A DNA stretch of 64,000 bases from Thermovenabulum sp. (GTDB lineage: Bacteria; Bacillota; Thermosediminibacteria; Thermosediminibacterales; Thermosediminibacteraceae), in the NCBI RefSeq assembly GCF_049701175.1, contig NZ_JBNATW010000009.1, forward strand, positions 9,904 to 73,903, read 5' to 3'. Below, one piece after another: positions 62,723 through 64,000 of the stretch. Position numbers and translations under genes: made by a program. The notes under the pieces are model-generated. The model ran no database searches and was not told the DNA's origin. It worked only from the letters and a program-made list of their open reading frames with translations. Numbering within the stretch: position 1 is the stretch's first letter; every line of letters starts with the position of its first letter.

Positions 62723-62753
62723 AAGGCAGGCAATACATTTTACCTGCCTTTTT
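62723..62753 (+). terminator. rho-independent terminator after abrB
   Basis: AAGGCAGG-caatacatttta-CCTGCCTT plus TTT. Confidence 0.8.
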
Positions 62754-62757
62754 AATT

Positions 62758-63606
62758 TCATTTATGAAAATCATTGTAAATCTCATTTTTTGATATATTG
62801 AATTCCTTAGAAACCCTTCTTATGGCTTGACTTTTGGTCATCCCGTTTTTTATATATTCCTCAACCCTTTCTAAGGCTTGTTTTTTTATATCAAAGAAGG
62901 CTTCCCCTTTTAATTCCTCTTCTTGCTTTATTCCCTCGATAACAACCACAAATTCCCCCCGGGGTTCTTCTTCTTGGTATTTTGCCAGGGCTTCCTCCAA
63001 AGACCCTCTAAAGATTTCTTCATAAAACTTGGTAAGCTCTCTTGCCAAGACGATGTTCCTATTTCCCATTTTATCTTTTATTTTCCTTAGCGTCTTTACG
63101 AGTCTGTGGGGCGACTCGTATATAATAATCGTCCTTTTTTCCCTTGAAAGCTCCTCGAGGATTTTCTCCCTCTCCTTCTCTTTTTTAGGCAAAAAACCCT
63201 CGAACACAAACCTTCTTGTAGAAAACCCAGAAACGATTAATGCAAGGATAAAAGCAGAAGGGCCAGGAAGGGGGACAATATCTATGTTTTCTCTTATAGC
63301 AGCCCTTATCAAATCCTCTCCGGGGTCGGATATTCCGGGAGTCCCGGCATCTGATACCAATGCAACATCTTCTCCAGAAATCAACCTCTTTATAATCTCT
63401 TCGCCTTTTGAATCCTTATTGTGTTCATGATAGGATATCAAAGGTTTTTTTATGCCGTAGTGGTTTAACAACTTTTTTGTCACCCTGGTATCCTCTGCAG
63501 CTATAACATCAACCTCTTTTAAAACCTTCAATACCCTAAGGGTAATATCCTCTAAATTCCCTATGGGGGTCGGGCATAAAAAAAGCCTGCCCTTTTTGGA
63601 CTCCAT
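62758..63606 (-). CDS. rsmI: 16S rRNA (cytidine1402-2'-O)-methyltransferase
   Basis: LFLCPTPIGNLEDIT...AAEDTR tetrapyrrole-methylase-fold signature of RsmI. Confidence 0.9.
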   Translation of the reverse strand: MESKKGRLFLCPTPIGNLEDITLRVLKVLKEVDVIAAEDTRVTKKLLNHYGIKKPLISYHEHNKDSKGEEIIKRLISGEDVALVSDAGTPGISDPGEDLIRAAIRENIDIVPLPGPSAFILALIVSGFSTRRFVFEGFLPKKEKEREKILEELSREKRTIIIYESPHRLVKTLRKIKDKMGNRNIVLARELTKFYEEIFRGSLEEALAKYQEEEPRGEFVVVIEGIKQEEELKGEAFFDIKKQALERVEEYIKNGMTKSQAIRRVSKEFNISKNEIYNDFHK

Positions 63607-63778
63607 TAAATATCCTCCTCAGATTTTTCATAAAAATTACAACTCAAAAATTTACTTTATTTATATAATAATTATAACTTATTTTTTCCAGCTGTTGAAT
63701 TTTTCTAATATCATGTTGATTTTCTTTTATTTTTGTTACAAAATTAATTTACACGCTCAATAAAAGGAGGAGGAAAAG

Positions 63779-64000
63779 TTGACTGAAATAAAGGATTATA
63801 TTAATGAAAAAGATTACGTAGTAAGGGCTATTGATGAAAAAGCTGGAATACTTGCTTTTTGCGGGCGCACCACAATGCTTGTAGAAAAAGCAAGAACAAT
63901 TCATAATACACTCCCTACTGCTTCTGCTGCCTTCGGGCGATTGCTTACCGCTTCAGCCCTAATGGGCCTTATGTTAAAGGGAGAAAAGGATACCGTTACC
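63779..64000 (+). CDS. hslO: Hsp33 redox-regulated chaperone, 5' part (continues beyond window)
   Basis: TTG start 5 nt after AGGAGGAGG. The sequence ...VRAIDEKAGILAFCGRTTMLVEKARTIHNTLPTASAAFGRLLTASALMGLMLKG matches the Hsp33 N-terminus. Confidence 0.8.
   Translation, partial: MTEIKDYINEKDYVVRAIDEKAGILAFCGRTTMLVEKARTIHNTLPTASAAFGRLLTASALMGLMLKGEKDTVT

Noticed and set aside
1-64000. Search for CRISPR arrays, tRNA/rRNA genes, transposases, integrases, prophage genes and toxin-antitoxin pairs.
   Set aside because: I found no regularly spaced direct repeats, no cloverleaf-like or rRNA-like segments, and no ORF with recombinase, transposase or phage structural motifs.

Overview
This is an origin-proximal type chromosomal segment from a low-GC, spore-forming Clostridia-class Firmicute; Thermoanaerobacterales-like is my guess, made from gene content and protein style only. 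Nearly all genes are on the minus strand. A housekeeping backbone runs in the same order as the Bacillus subtilis region rsmI-abrB-metS-tatD-ksgA-yabG-veg-ispE-purR-spoVG-glmU-prs-ctc-pth. Accessory genes interrupt that backbone.

Main contents, left to right:
- A Zur-controlled znuACB zinc uptake operon.
- A beta-CASP/MBL hydrolase, trxA, and a three-HTH XRE regulator.
- An unannotated small gene with an in-frame TGA, a candidate selenoprotein.
- The mannitol PTS operon mtlA-R-F-D and a GltP-type symporter.
- The pth-ctc-prs-glmU-spoVG-purR-ispE block.
- An accessory block of about 28 kb (21.6-49.8 kb), which holds:
  - a TetR/MFP/RND/TolC efflux operon;
  - a G+C-richer operon controlled by a cobalamin riboswitch, encoding a very large S-layer-homology-anchored transcobalamin-like protein, a membrane-tethered DUF4430 protein and a full ECF transporter;
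  - a MarR/TolC/HlyD/2x ABC-2 permease operon with no ATPase;
  - a large SLH protein behind operator-like palindromes;
  - a TetR gene plus a TetR C-domain-only ORF;
  - a SipL-like 3xDUF3794-LysM protein, a cluster of DnaA boxes, a CAP-domain protein and an S1-like protease.
- veg, a SpoIID-amidase fusion, yabG, rsmA and a TatD-associated radical SAM gene.
- T-box-controlled trpP and metG.
- A bacterial NurA-HerA pair inserted between metG and abrB.
- rsmI and the start of hslO.

I saw no rRNA, tRNA, CRISPR array, transposase or integrase. All domain calls come from motif recognition by eye; no database search was run.

The candidates I consider most worth follow-up are the riboswitch-controlled surface corrinoid-capture/ECF system, the NurA-HerA pair, and the TGA-containing small gene.
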